Source of the DNA: Phoronis australis
Taxonomy: Eukaryota > Animalia > Phoronida
Assembly (NCBI GenBank): GCA_002633005.1
Contig: NMRA01000069.1
Coordinates: 611,740 to 675,739 of the forward strand
Direction: 5' to 3'
Length of the DNA stretch: 64,000 nucleotides
Part shown: positions 1 to 12,269 of the stretch, in pieces
Layout of the letters: each line of letters opens with the position of its first letter
Numbering within the stretch: position 1 is the stretch's first letter
Position numbers and translations under genes: made by a program
Notes under the pieces: model-generated
Seen by the model: the letters and a program-made list of their open reading frames with translations, nothing else
What the model was told of the DNA's origin: nothing
The model's database searches: none

Positions 1-104
1 ACCTGTAAGTTACATGTATGAGTTTAGCTAACTTTCATTCAAGGCAGTCAACTGAGCTTGTGGTTATTTATATGCTCCGAGAATTAATCAAGTTAAATTT
101 ACAG

Positions 105-307
105 TTGTGGGACGGAACTGCGTAGTCGTCAAACAACGTAATCCAGGCGCCACCAGCGGTGTCTACTACATAAAGACCAACATAGGCCCACTACAGGTCT
201 ACTGTGACATGGAGGTCGGCGGAGGTGGCTTCACCTTCCTTCGGAAACGGGATATAACGTGTGGGACGAGACTTAACATAAGTGAGCTCAGGCAGAATAA
301 CAGTAAG
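105..307 (+). CDS. Internal exon of a fibrinogen-related (FReD N-terminal subdomain-like) protein; gene begins upstream of the window
   Basis: Translation GRNCVVVKQRNPGATSGVYYIKTNIGPLQVYCDMEVGGGGFTFL matches the 'C..I.....SG.Y.I......VYCDM...GGGWT' motif of fibrinogen-like domains. Acceptor tttacag at 98-104 (phase 1); donor AAG|gtaaac at 307/308 (phase 0). Confidence 0.85.
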
Positions 308-511
308 GTAAACTCACGGTACCATTGAAGGATGACGACGATGTCAAAAGTAATGAGAATTATCGTAGTGATACTTATAATAGTATTTATACCACAATAT
401 AAGCGTCGCCCGTGTAATAACCCATTCAGTTATCTCATTTTGGTGGGAAACCGTGGGCGGTTTGGAACCCGTGCCTCAAGAGTTTCGAGTCGCCGACTTT
501 AGCACTACACC

Positions 512-535
512 CATAGACATCATAGGATATCTATG
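512..535. mobile_element. 24-bp palindromic micro-insertion with 8-bp TSD (hAT-like)
   Basis: CATAGA...TCTATG flanked by the direct repeat ACTACACC (504-511, 536-543); absent from the homologous units at 49-51 kb. Confidence 0.7.
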
Positions 536-741
536 ACTACACCACTCAGCGGCTGACGTGAAAATAGAATACTTAAAGGAGAATGCCACCCGATTTAATT
601 AGTCTTTTTTGCCGTCTTAATCGGTCTATATCCACATAGCCTCGCATACGATCGACCTTACCTTGCCAAGAGGTGTCGCGTTAACCTGTGAGGAAGGTGA
701 GAAACGACGCTAGCGACGTCAGTGGTTCATATGCAGAGTGA

Positions 742-999
742 ATGCCGCTATGTTGCGGTGCATCGTTCCCGCTTGTCCGAACAAAACAGCTGCGAGAAAA
801 GCGGGTATATCGTTTTTTTATTCCTCGAGAGTCCGAAATGCTTAAGAAGTGGCTCGTGGTAGTGAAGAATGAAATGTACGCTGTAAATAGCAAGTATGAG
901 GCCGTGAAACACCTCCGTGTCTGTGGCCTGCCGACGTCGACAGTGCCTGACAATCGGAATGCCGGCTTACCAAATAACTCCATACGTTCCGTTGTCTGA
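742..999 (+). pseudogene. THAP zinc-finger remnant of Kolobok transposase
   Basis: C..C / FFIPRE...KKWL..VK / HLRVC motif, frameshifted relative to the copy at 37009-37329. Confidence 0.7.
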
Positions 1000-2033
1000 G
1001 CTTGTTCACGACGCCTCTCTAGTATTTCTTCGTCACTGTATTCCTGTTCGAATTGATAGCCTTTAAAACTTAACGATCCACCTGCAAAGTCGGGACTGAT
1101 GAGCTCTAGCTCGTCCTAAATCGGGATTGCGAGTTGCCATGTTGGCGTTTATTACTGAGCGTTCTGTTTCAAAATGAATTATTCTCACCCTAACCAATAC
1201 TTATATAAAACTTAAACAAAGTTTGTCTTATTAGATGCAATTTGTAATGCCTGTGAAGTGTTCGTGAGTGCAAATGATTTGAGAAGCCAACAATGAATAA
1301 ATCACTGCGTTACCGGCTTTAGGTGCAATAAAACTAATTGACGGGACACCGAGGCCGTATGAGCTCATGCTAATTTAGTGTTTGCTGGCAGAAACTGTTG
1401 TCAAACAACTCGATCTCCATCCCACGGCCAGGTGTTAGGGTAATCTTTATTTACATTGACATTACTCAAATAATGATTGTCAATGTATAACTTCTGCCCT
1501 GACGGCCGGGTGCTGAATTCGCGGCCCCCAACGAGTAAGTAGATTTGCAGTTTCGTGCCCTGGCTAATTCACCAACATAATCATTACTTTGGCTCACTAC
1601 TATAGTATTTTCGTGACTGGAAGTTTACTTTCCACTGAACTTTGGCTGGTTTATGTTCGTGATGTCTGATCAGTTTAGCCACTGGCCCGGGATAACGAGT
1701 CAATCCGGCTGGACGCGACGGGCCTGATCGGGCTCCGAGCCACTGGCCAGGATAACAAGCGTTTTGTGTTTAGAACTAAAAAAATCACAAGTCTAAACAA
1801 CATAGATCTAGGTTCTTCTGTCTGTTTCTCACGGAAAATACTTCGAAATTATCTCCGAACAGGCCCCAAACTTCTGCTACGGACCTTATTGGCCTGCCGA
1901 ACTTTGTAGGCTACGGTGTGTCCAAATACCAATAAATCCGTAAGAGCGAAATAAAACAACACGTTTTTATAAGAACTCGATTTATTTTTAAGGGTTTTAC
2001 ATCGAAGTTTGATGATTTATTGGTGTCAAACGA

Positions 2034-2207
2034 CCGCTCACCGAAATAATGTACACCCACGAAATTCGGACACTAGCGGAAACCCAAATTTGGAGGTCCG
2101 CCAAATTCGGACACCATAGAAATGATGTTTCGCGAGATTCGTCCAAGAATGAATTTTTTCTATTGGAATTAATTTTCAGTGGCCGAAAATCACGCGACTT
2201 TACCGTA
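2034..2207 (-). mobile_element. Tc1/mariner(pogo)-like MITE fragment nested in Kolobok copy 1
   Basis: Segment absent from Kolobok copies 2 and 3; one end reads TACGGTAAAGTCGCGTGATTTTCGGCCAC on the minus strand. Confidence 0.45.
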
Positions 2208-3107
2208 CTTCAAGCGAAAAGCTGACACCAGTAACCCATGTTGTGAACTGCTGAACAGACTGCGTGTGAAACCGATGACGTCATTGGATAATTTCAACAC
2301 CTCCGTCTGCCGTCAGGTGTCAGGTAACGCAACCGTACGTGTCCTTATGGAGTAGAACTACTCGATCTAAATTGAAACAAATTAAGTTGTTTTTTGGGTG
2401 GCATGCTCCTTTAAATGAGCACGCGAAACAATCGCATGTTCAGTAAAGGGCATTGTACCGACATTTATACGCTATGAAAAATAAGACGCATAATTTCCAT
2501 AAAAACGATATTTTAATTCAGTTTTCGCTCGTGTTCTCTCATTTGTAAATCACCGATCTCCAATTTGAATGCGGGTATCGTGTCGTCGGGATCCTTTGAC
2601 TTGAGCATTATACTCAGTTACTAGTGGTAATCTACTTTAGCAGACGATATTTTCCCGGTCGAAGCTTAGCGTGATGAAATGTGTAGTAAGCTATAATAGT
2701 CGATAAACCTTAATTAATGGATTCACTTTATTTCTATTTTGTTTAAATTTTCAATTGGTTTGAGTAATGACAAATATAGCTCGGCTTTTCTTAAAAGGTC
2801 ACGACCAGACCCCGGGCCTATGACATAGAAAGTAGTTACAAAGCCGAGGCGAGTCGAAAAAGTTAGATCGATTCATTGCAATGTTTCTCGTTCAGTATGT
2901 GTTATAAATTGATTATTACATGTTCTCAATCGTTATCCTCCTTATCTAGAGCCCTCGTGGATTTTGTAGAATTATCATCCTCGGGGCTAACGCCCCTCGG
3001 GCGATAATTCTCCAAAATCCACTCGGGCTCTAGATAACGGGGGATAACGACTTCGCCATGTAACAATCTATATTGATAATAGTATTGACGATGGTAATAA
3101 TCCCACA

Positions 3108-3165
3108 ATGATTATGATGATGATAATGATGATAACGACGATGATGACGACGATAGTCATGATTA
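3108..3165. repeat. Imperfect (GAT/GAC)n microsatellite
   Basis: gattatgatgatgataatgatgataacgacgatgatgacgacgat. Confidence 0.7.
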
Positions 3166-3270
3166 CCGTTCTAGTATTGATCACTTTCCTCGTTATCATC
3201 GTACAATTACTATAACTATGATAATAACTATGTAATGGTGGTGGTAATTGAGATCATTCGAAACCCTTAA

Positions 3271-4173
3271 GGTAATTTCGTTGCCTCAAATTATTCCCAG
3301 GATGTTTCATATTTGTGCATGTACGAACTTCAATACTAAGGGCAGAGATCACATTTCGACTGACTGATTTTGACGCCATCAAGGGTCTGAGTAAAAAACT
3401 TGTCTCAATTAAGGCATAACTTACAGAAAGCTCACAGAGGAAAAAATTCAATGAAGCCATAACTTTTTGCCTTCTTGCGTATACCGAAAAAATGAGATGC
3501 CAAAAAATGACTAAAAATGCGATTTTGGCTTTTTTGTACCTAATTTCACAAATTCACGACTGCTTCGATTCAAGAGAGGGGAGAAAAACCCAAATGCTCT
3601 TGCACCCTAGATTCCAATAATTTAGGTTAGATTAAAATATGTCATTACGACCCAGGTTTTGTCAATTTCGCTTGTCTGAAGGGTATGTCATTGTATTGGT
3701 GCTAAAAATTCTCAACTGCACGAGGATGTGCTCTGAAAATGACGGAACTTGCTTATGTGGGTAGATAAGAACAGAGGCCAAATTTCTGGACTCAAAACAA
3801 CTTCAAGGGACTACTGCACCATTCTTGACAACCACTTCGATTTAATCTACAAGACTGCGTCATCTCTGACCCACTTCATTTTTGAAGTACTCGCAAAAAC
3901 CCGAAACCTGGCCTTACACCTAACTGCAAAGTTATTTCTTTAGCTGAGCAGACTTCATAAGTCGTACTGGTACACGATGTCATTCTCAGTCCTCAATCTG
4001 CCGCCTAGAGCACTATGTAAACTCAAACTCTTGTTTAAATCTGTTAGCACAGGGGTGTCCCGACGCATTCGACAGAATTCACCATTGCTAGATTTGCATG
4101 AATTGCTATTAGGATGGAACTTTGCACATGCGCACTGAGATATGAAACAGCGAATTTGAGGCTACAAAATACC
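3271..4173. mobile_element. TIR-bounded non-autonomous DNA element within the intron
   Basis: Left TTAA|GGTAATTTCGTTGCCTCAAATT and right AATTTGAGGCTACAAAATACC are imperfect inverted repeats. Confidence 0.5.
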
Positions 4174-4308
4174 CGAAGAGATCGAAAGTGTTAAAAATAC
4201 AATACCAACGAATCTAATGAGGTAACGATCATGGATGATTCAGTGGTCGTGCTACTATGTGATAACACCGAGGACGAAAACTTTTGACTGCTGTGCCTCG
4301 TTTTGTAG

Positions 4309-4812
4309 GTCCTTCTTCGTTACCAAGATTCAAACTCATTCCAGAGGTATACCATTCTTGAACAACTATCTCGCTATGCTGGCGTTCCCCTGTCCCTACA
4401 AGTATGTCGTCATGACGAATACACGACACCAACGAACGCTCACCTTGGACCATACCTTTACCTGGGATTTCTACCCATCAGTATGATGTCAGTGAACACG
4501 ATACAAGGTTTCCGCTCGAATGGACAAGACCACAAGTTTTCCAACTGTGACAGCAACTTCGGTAGCAGATTCACGTTTTATTCGAACGTGACGACAGGAG
4601 GAAGGGAGAAATCGACCAATATGAGATACAACTTAACATCGAAATGGTTGGCATCGGGGCGCCCTCTACAGGTCGTGACCAAAATTCCAGACGACTTTGT
4701 ATACTTTGCGGAGATGCAGTTTGGTGGATGCGGCACTTACTGGACCACGGGGAACACCTCGGCAGATTTCTACGGAATTCGGATTGACGGAATTGCAATG
4801 GGGTTCTTCTGA
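4309..4812 (+). CDS. Terminal exon of the same fibrinogen-related gene (uncharacterised C-terminal domain)
   Basis: Acceptor ttttgtag ends at 4308, phase 0, matching the donor at 308. Stop-free frame VLLRYQDSNSFQRYTILEQLSRYAGVPLSLQ...NAHLGPYLYLGFLP...QGFRSNGQDHKFSNCDSN...EMQFGGCG...IAMGFF* contains ORF 4483..4812. Confidence 0.75.
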   Translation, partial: VLLRYQDSNSFQRYTILEQLSRYAGVPLSLQVCRHDEYTTPTNAHLGPYLYLGFLPISMMSVNTIQGFRSNGQDHKFSNCDSNFGSRFTFYSNVTTGGREKSTNMRYNLTSKWLASGRPLQVVTKIPDDFVYFAEMQFGGCGTYWTTGNTSADFYGIRIDGIAMGFF

Positions 4813-6038
4813 GCAACGAGTCCATTTTGCAATCGAATGACGTCGAGGCGCACGCGCACTGCTCACGCGGGTATACTAAATTAAGTGAATGAAGGTGCTG
4901 ACGATCTGCGTGACTGAGTCGTCAAATGACTGCTGTCTTCTGAATCCATTGATTGTCGAGGCTGGTCAGTTTGTCCTGGTTTTCTTCAATGGCATATGGG
5001 GGGGGGGGAGGGTTCTGAGGTAATTGTTAAATTCTTATTTGCAAAGTAGTCCCTGAAAATATTGACGAACAGTTTGAAACATATTGCCAGGAAAGCTGAC
5101 TTTTCCAAGATTTTGTCGGATGTAAAACGGCTAGCTTTTGACAGAGACAACTTAACGGTCTAAACCTGATTTCAACTTGTTCTTAACTGAAGTGAGAAGT
5201 GATTCATAGGCTTGGAAAGAATTGAAAATTCGTTCATTTTGTTACTCGACACCATGTTCGGCGCACAACATGTGTGGTCACGTGAACGTGTAGAGTCTGA
5301 ACTCAAAGAATAACGAACTGTCAGTTTGTTCCAAGCTCGGAAACCACCGTTAATTCGATGATAGAAAATTCTCAACGATAAAAGGCCTAAATGAAAAGTT
5401 TTAGTGTTGGAAGGTGTTTTTATAGCAGTTGGAATGTGTTTTTAAACCAGTTGAAAGGTGTGTTCAAAGCAGTAAATTAAACCTTGAATTTACAATACAA
5501 TTTGCACTTTAATGCTGCGATGAAATACATTGTTACGATAAAGACATCATCAAAATCGTGCACGAGTTTTACCTATGGACAAAACTGAAATAAAAAACGT
5601 TAACGTGTTCTCAACGTGTTTTAAAATGTCCTTGGCGTGGGCTACATTTCATTGACTTCGCCGATTCTGCCGGGTCAAATGGCTAAGGCACATCTGCTTC
5701 TCTAAACCGGAAGTAGTCATCGAGAACCATTCAGATGTCCTAGTCAGTTAATCCAGCAGCACCAGCGAAGTAAAGCACAGTGTAACCATTGACTGAATTT
5801 GTGCTGAATTCCTCATTTTTGTTCCATTACTATAAAGTTGGAGATTTACATCTTCCGAATAGGGACGGAAGACAAAATATACCATAAAACAAGAAATACG
5901 AATTCCTAATAATGGATTTCTGCAACTTTGTGGATTGCTCAATAGTTTCAGGATTATGTGGCCTACTGTTTTCATGCTGCATTTTACATGTATTGACAGT
6001 GTGTCTGCAATAAACTTTGTTGCAGATGTAAGATAAAT

Positions 6039-6186
6039 ACACAAAACGTACCGGTAACTCCAGTGGCGTAGGTGAAATAATATCCCACGAGACGTTATTC
6101 CGTGTATAGACCGAGATCGAAGAATACACAGAATAAAGTCGAGTGAGATATTATTTCATCTACAACACTCGACGTACGTTTTGTGT
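6039..6186. repeat. ~150-bp imperfect palindrome (Crypton-like hairpin, second family)
   Basis: ACACAAAACGTAC...GTAGGTGAAATAATATCCCAC...TTATTCCGTGTAT / ATACACAGAATAA...GTGAGATATTATTTCATCTAC...GTACGTTTTGTGT. Confidence 0.65.
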
Positions 6187-9069
6187 CTATCCCATACGCT
6201 TCGAACACTTAGTTTCTGTTGTTTTTTTGGAAATTGGTTTAATTAGTTCACCCAGACTGTTCACGTGGCGGATCACAACCTATAGTGTATGTACTTGCGC
6301 GTTAGGTTACAAGTTTACCCTAGATAAAGAAAACGGTATTAATGTAACGATTTATTACTTGAGAAGCGATAACAAAGATAAAAACAACGAAAATTGTGTA
6401 TTGAATTTGTAATATTTTCTAAATAACAATATTTAACATAGTAATTGCCGAGCAATCGGTGCCTGAGTTGCAGACGATGATATTTAGCAACTAAAAACTG
6501 AGACAGAAGTGTCATATAATTAACAGTTTTGTACCAGATGTTGTGTTTGGGACCTCACTGCATGATGAGTGTTATTTGTACTGCTGCAAATTTACTTCAT
6601 TTAACTATTTTGGAAAGATTTGATGATCCAGCCGGCTAACAACATCGAGTTGACATTGACCTACCCCTTTCACTTCCCACGTCAGAGGGCACCGTTAAAG
6701 TAGTCCCGGGTGTGGAACACGGAAAACAATATCACGTGGCCGTATTGCACTCAATTTATTCAATGCGTATGGAAAAACCATGAGACGAACGTAGACATGT
6801 GGTACGTCCAAAAATTTCGAGCCAATCTCACGTCACGCCCAAGCAGTTCTAGCACATAATGTCGTTAAATCTATAGCATAAATTTTAAACGGATTTTCAG
6901 GAAGTCGTCTTAATTTAAAAATGATTTGCTTTAACTTTGAGGTTGGTGAAATCTACGTGACGTGCGATACATTAACCCGTATTTAGGTAACTCATAAAAA
7001 TTGATGGACTGTAACAATGGATTCCTCGTTGTCATCCAGCAACTTCAAGCTTGTATCAGGCGAGAAGCCCACTACACCGAGCCAGATTAAACAGCATGGT
7101 AAGACTAGCGTTTAGTGGCTCTTGTCTAAACGGCTTCCTGCTTCTTCAGTTTCAAAAACTGTACCAACTAACGAAACAAGAAACCACCAAGAGGGTTATT
7201 GCTCAAACATTTGCTTCATTGCTAACGACATGAAAGTTACACACCTAGTATGATACTGGGACATAATGGTCACCAGTCATTACAATCAAAAAGTCACCGG
7301 TGTCATGCACAAAATGAGGACCACCTCAGTATATGTTGTCAATGGTCAGAAGAACAACCAAAATTTGTGACGATGGGAGGGTTCAACACTCACGTGGCAT
7401 ACCCCAGTGGTTTTTATCTGTTTAGCACCCCTCCATTGTACCCCCCTAGAAATGAGGGGGCCAACACGTGCCCATTTGGCGCCCACCTGGTTTGCACTCC
7501 TCTCTTGTACCCCTTTGCTGGCACCTGGGGGCAACTAGTCCATGGAGGTATGAAATGTTATAAGGAACGGTAATTTGCCTTATTGAGAACTCAAACATGA
7601 AACAAAACCATGATGGCTTTTGAAGGGAGCTTCAAAAGAATGAAAGCAAATACACTTCAATATTGATTAAAACACACATTTTCATTCTCATTCGATTATA
7701 AGTGGATGTTAGTTTACGTATTTTACCCATTTTCAATCACACAGTAATTTTATTGCACGTCGAACGTCTTTAAACTATGAATTGATGAATGTTTACATGG
7801 TTCGGTCTGCGCCGCTAAATTAGTGTTGCTTATTCGCCGCTTGGGGCGCTAGTTTTTCGACCGATAACCTTTGCGGCGAAGGTAAGATGGCGGAGTGAAC
7901 TCTCCTATTCTATGTACACTGCTTGCTCTTACTACACCGTGTGGAACAGGTCGCAAAATGGCTTCTCGAGTGGCCACACGTGCGGATGGGAAGACTTAGA
8001 CAAATAGTCAATTGCATCGAAGGAATAAAATATTTGCAAAGCATCGCTCCTTCATTAATGATCTGTTAGCACATTAATTATTGCGGAAACTGAAGCTATA
8101 GACAGAAAATGAGAAACCGTTTGGCAAATATTTATATTACGAGCAACGTGATATCATGAGTAATAAAATTATTTAAACATGGCGTCGAGTTTATGTTTTA
8201 TGCTGACACCATTAATGTTTAGATAATGATAGAAAACACCTACCTTGTAAGAGTTGTGTTGGAGCGATTAAATTTCTTAATTAATTTTATTGACGGCATT
8301 GTCGGAGGGCATAACTGTCTCCGCCGAAGGATATTTGCATACAAATTGAGCAATCATTTTGGTGAGGAAGTTAGAGGAACAATAGATAGCAGCGATGTTT
8401 TTGAAAAATGGCGGAGCTAGACGTAGTAGTAGGGAGTATGATATTGGCTGAAAAATTCAATGGAGTGTTCACTGATGGAGAGCTTTTTTAATGAACAGGG
8501 ATGCAAAGGCTCCTCTTGTGCCTCTTTGTGACTACGTCAGAGCCCAGGGACATATTTGGTGGAATACAAGGAAAAGAATAGTAGGTGAACCGACACCTTT
8601 ATTCAAGAACAAACTTGGGCTACTTCATTTCCTGTTGCAGTGTTTTTTACGTTTGACTGTTGACTTTCGGTGGTCATCAACATTTCGTTCTTGCGAAGTT
8701 AAAGATACGTACTTTCTATTGCTTTGCCGATGTTGTTACATTTCATTTGAAAATAGATCCGTACATGTAGCTCTAAAGTAATGACCCTTGCACAGATGTG
8801 ATATCTTAGCAACTAGCCTAACGCGGGTGAGTGAACCCGTCAAGTTTGCTGAATCGCTCTCCCAACCTTGTCGCTTTTGAATTGTGAAATTGCATTTGAA
8901 GCTAAAAGTTTATCGATTAGAAAAGTTCACCACAAACACCATGACCTCCGTCCTTAACTTGTCCATTCCGGAAAAATGACGGGCGCGACAATGCAAATAT
9001 TTGTTCCATTCAGTAATAAAATAGTGATATCGGCATCAAGCAAAACTAAAAGACACAAGACAGGCCACC

Positions 9070-9373
9070 ATGAACATGCTTTTTGCGCTATTGCATAGTC
9101 TAGTTTGCACGCGGATAGCGGCGACGGAGACGTGGTTAAGTATACGTCAAGGCTATCGGTCGTTCGGAGCTGTGCCGGTTTTTTCTTACGCCAGGGTGAC
9201 AACTCTCGCCCGTTGTGCGTTGCTGTGTTCACTGTCAGTGGAATGCAGTGGTGCTGACTACAGAGCCAACAACAGCACGTGCGTCGGCATTTCCTGGAAT
9301 GGTGCAACGCCTCTGCTGGAACCATCGACGCATAATTGGGTGTCCATTATAGACAAAGGAAATAATTTACAAG
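9070..9373 (+). CDS. First exon: signal peptide + PAN/Apple domain
   Basis: Good start context GCCACCATG; hydrophobic leader MNMLFALLHSLVC; PAN cysteine pattern RCALLCSLSVECSGADYRANNSTC; donor CAAG|gtattt at 9373/9374 (phase 1). Unspliced read-through stops at 9387. Confidence 0.75.
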
Positions 9374-9439
9374 GTATTTCACATTAAAAGAACATTAAAC
9401 CCTGTATTCGTTTTACCTGAAACTGGTTGATATTTGCTA

Positions 9440-11830
9440 TTTAAACTGGAGACGGAGAAACTAATACGGATCAAAAGAAAGTTTTACGTGACACAATGAT
9501 TTTTTACAAAAACTTGTGCAATTCGAGGTCTGAGAGTGAAGAAATGTTGAATAGTGTATTCGGACATTGTCGGTTCCCGGTGCTTTCGGAGTTGGAGGCA
9601 ATCCAATTAGAAAATGAAATTAATATTGAGGAATTATCCAAGGTTTTAACAAATACAAAAAACGAGAAAAGTCCAGACTCTGCAGGCTTTAACATGGATT
9701 TTTTTAATATTTTGTGAATACTTAAAATATTATGTATTGCGCCACACTAAATGTAGTTTTGAAAAGGTGCAAATGTCTACAACCCAACGGACTGAGATTA
9801 GTACATGTAATCCAAAACCTGACAAGACGAAACTGTTTCTGAAAAACTGGCGACCAACAACTTTATTCAATAGTGTATACAAACTGGTTTCGGGATGGGT
9901 TGCAAACAGAATTAAAAAGTTCTAGACAAACTGATTGCGAAGACCCAAACTGGATTTATTAAAGGAAGATTTGTGGCTGAGAACACATTATATCATGAGT
10001 TATACGGACAAACACAACATTCCAGGAGTACTTGTGTTGATAGATTTTGAAAAAGCTTTGACAGAGTTTTCTTGGATTTTGTATTCAAAGTCATGAATAA
10101 TTTTAATTTCAAGGCCAATATTATTCGATACATAAGAACATTTTATAATAAACCAATTGCCCGTATTACACAAAATGGATTTCTGTCTAGCAACTTCATA
10201 CTGGAACGCAGATGTCCACAAGGTGACCCTCTCTCCCTTTACATTTTGATACTGTGTGCTGAAATTTTGTCTATATTCATTAAACTTGAAGTGAAAGGTA
10301 TTAAAATTGACAACGAAGACTACATTATAACACAATACGCAGACGACACAACTTTAACATTGCACGGAACTCCAAGATCCCTGGCAGCGCTTATGAACAA
10401 CTTCGAATTCTAAACAATGATGTCGGGGCTGAAGATAAACTATTCTAAGACAAAAAGTAGTGTGGATTGGAAGTAAAGAAATCTATCAAGAAGTGTTTCA
10501 CCACACGCGCTGGAAACTAAAATGGGGCGATGTTGATTTTAAGCTAACGGTTTATAATTTCCCTTGTGGACTTGGAAACTATGTCTAAAGTTAACGTCGA
10601 TGCAAAAATAATGGAAATGAATAATCTGTTTAACATATGGTCTCGTGCAGAAAACTGACTATCTTTGGAAAGGTCACGGTATTAAACTTCCTGAAAGTGT
10701 CTCCCAAAAACTTTTTACCCATTCGTTATCCTCTGTTATAAATTATTTTAAGAATGTTTGTTTTGAAAATTATGAACTTGAGTGCACTATTCCCAACTGC
10801 TTTGTGTGCAACTATTCTCAATAATCTCTCCCAGTCTTTACACAAGTAGCTTTAAAGTACATTATCACATAATTTTTATAATTCTGATTATCTGTAACGC
10901 TGTATTTTTTTTCTTATTCTCTGGTGTCTCCGTGGTCAGCGGATCCTTCGGGTCCTTCACGGAGTCTCCATAAGCGTAAATCTGCATCAACTGTATTTTT
11001 TACTTAAAGTGAATAGAGCGTATTACTACTACTACTACTATGGCTACTATAGGTTAACTAGATCGGATAACTGTAACTCGTTTTAGAAAGAATGCTTTTT
11101 AGTTCACATACAAACTATTTCACGAAACGAGGATGCGGCGTCAATCAATATGTGGGCCAACAGTATCATTACGGTAACAGCCCTTGTATTTATGAATCAT
11201 TCGTTAAAAAGATATATTTGTGAACATTTTTTTAGATTAGAACGGTAACTTTAACCCCCTTTGAAAGTTTCCAGACGATTCATCAAAAAATTAATGTCAG
11301 CTTTTGTCAAATATTATTCAATTGTTAGTGCCATGAAAAAATATTTGAATACGTTTTCCAAAAATTTGATTCTAAACATGGTATGTGGACCAGTTTTAAC
11401 CTTTTCCCTAAAAATATAATTTTGAAGAAAAAGGGATGTCGGAATTCTTACAATATTCTGTGCAAAATGACATGACACCATCGGCACAAAAGAAATTCGA
11501 AGTATTAAGTAATAATGTGATGTTCGCTATCAGAGAAGATGTGCATTTTCTACTACAAACTTTCACGTGAATGTACGAATGACACAAAATTGCTTTTCTT
11601 TCAGTGCCACTTGCTGCATAGAATTCTACCTACTAATTATTTATAAATAAGGTTAAATATGTGGACTTTTTATAAGTACTATCCAACATTTCGTAACATT
11701 TATTCTTCGAATGCGAATATGTTAACTCTTTCTGCCAACGGTTACGTCTCTGCAATGGAAGTAAATTTTGAAATGAACAAAATAGAATTTTGAACTGGTT
11801 CCTTTTACAAACTAAAATTTTCATTTGTAA
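9440..11830 (+). mobile_element. Decayed Tx1/L1-clade LINE ORF2 (reverse transcriptase)
   Basis: KSPDSAGF, KNWRPTTLFNSVYKL, QTGFIKGRF, IDFEKA, RCPQGDPLSLY, QYADDTT across frameshifts; C-terminal LLHRILPTN.F..K motif near 11610. Confidence 0.9.
10700..11041 (+). mobile_element. 3' end of a second non-LTR element inserted in the Tx1 relic
   Basis: Interrupts Tx1 homology; stem-loop CTCCGTG...GGATCCTTCGGGTCC...CACGGAG (~10928-10964) followed by a (TAC)n tail at 11022-11041. Confidence 0.45.
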
Positions 11831-12269
11831 AACGCAATTTGCTAACGTTAAATGTTACTGCAGACGCGATCATTCATATTGCCTGTGTATATTAAGTATC
11901 GTTTCCTGTTGTACTCATTTTCAAGTACCCCCCAGATTGTGAACTTGTCACGTGGTACTGACATTTAAAAGCGTTTTACCCGCCAGTTCCATTCATTCGT
12001 ATTTCGTATTTCGTATCTGTGTGCAGTGTATGCATCTCATTGGTTTCATCGTCGAGATTGCAGGGTTTTCATGATGTAAGTAGTGTTCTTTTGCTTATCG
12101 TTATATTCTGNTGCCGTTGCCGTTGCCGTTGCCGACAATCACATCGCCAGTCAACCACATGCATGCTTTTTAGCATTAAATACAAGGGCGATTGTTTTGT
12201 TGGTACTAGATAGAATCATGGGTAGGAAGTGGACAACAAAGTTGAGTAAATTTAAGACAACAGCATCAA

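Larger units (their letters stand above)
577..2410 (+). mobile_element. Non-autonomous Kolobok DNA transposon, copy 1
   Basis: TIRs AGGAGAATGCCACCC / GGGTGGCATGCTCCT; TTAA TSD at 573-576 and 2411-2414; THAP stub (742-999 +) and convergent KolX-type N-terminus GYQFEQEYSDEEILERRRE (~1000-1140 -). Confidence 0.85.
387..3073 (-). mobile_element. Solo copy of the Crypton-like palindromic/tRNA-head element, split by a Kolobok insertion
   Basis: 387-576 and 2411-3073 join at a TTAA and form the reverse complement of the ~864-bp unit repeated at 49071-51573, including the long hairpin (~2900-3073) and the tRNA-like head (~451-553). Confidence 0.8.

Noticed and set aside
1094-1120. CTGATGAG-CTCTAG-CTC hammerhead-like start (also in Kolobok copy 2)
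   Set aside because: The required GAAA after stem II is absent (GTCC); it is simply antisense KolX coding sequence.
7250-7573. 107-aa ORF in a GC-richer patch
   Set aside because: No domain similarity or convincing splice signals; probably repeat-derived.
7880-8415. YY1-like AAGATGGCGG / AAAATGGCGG motifs as the promoter of the PAN gene
   Set aside because: Short motifs common in transposon ends, 650-1200 bp from the ATG; not supportable from sequence alone.
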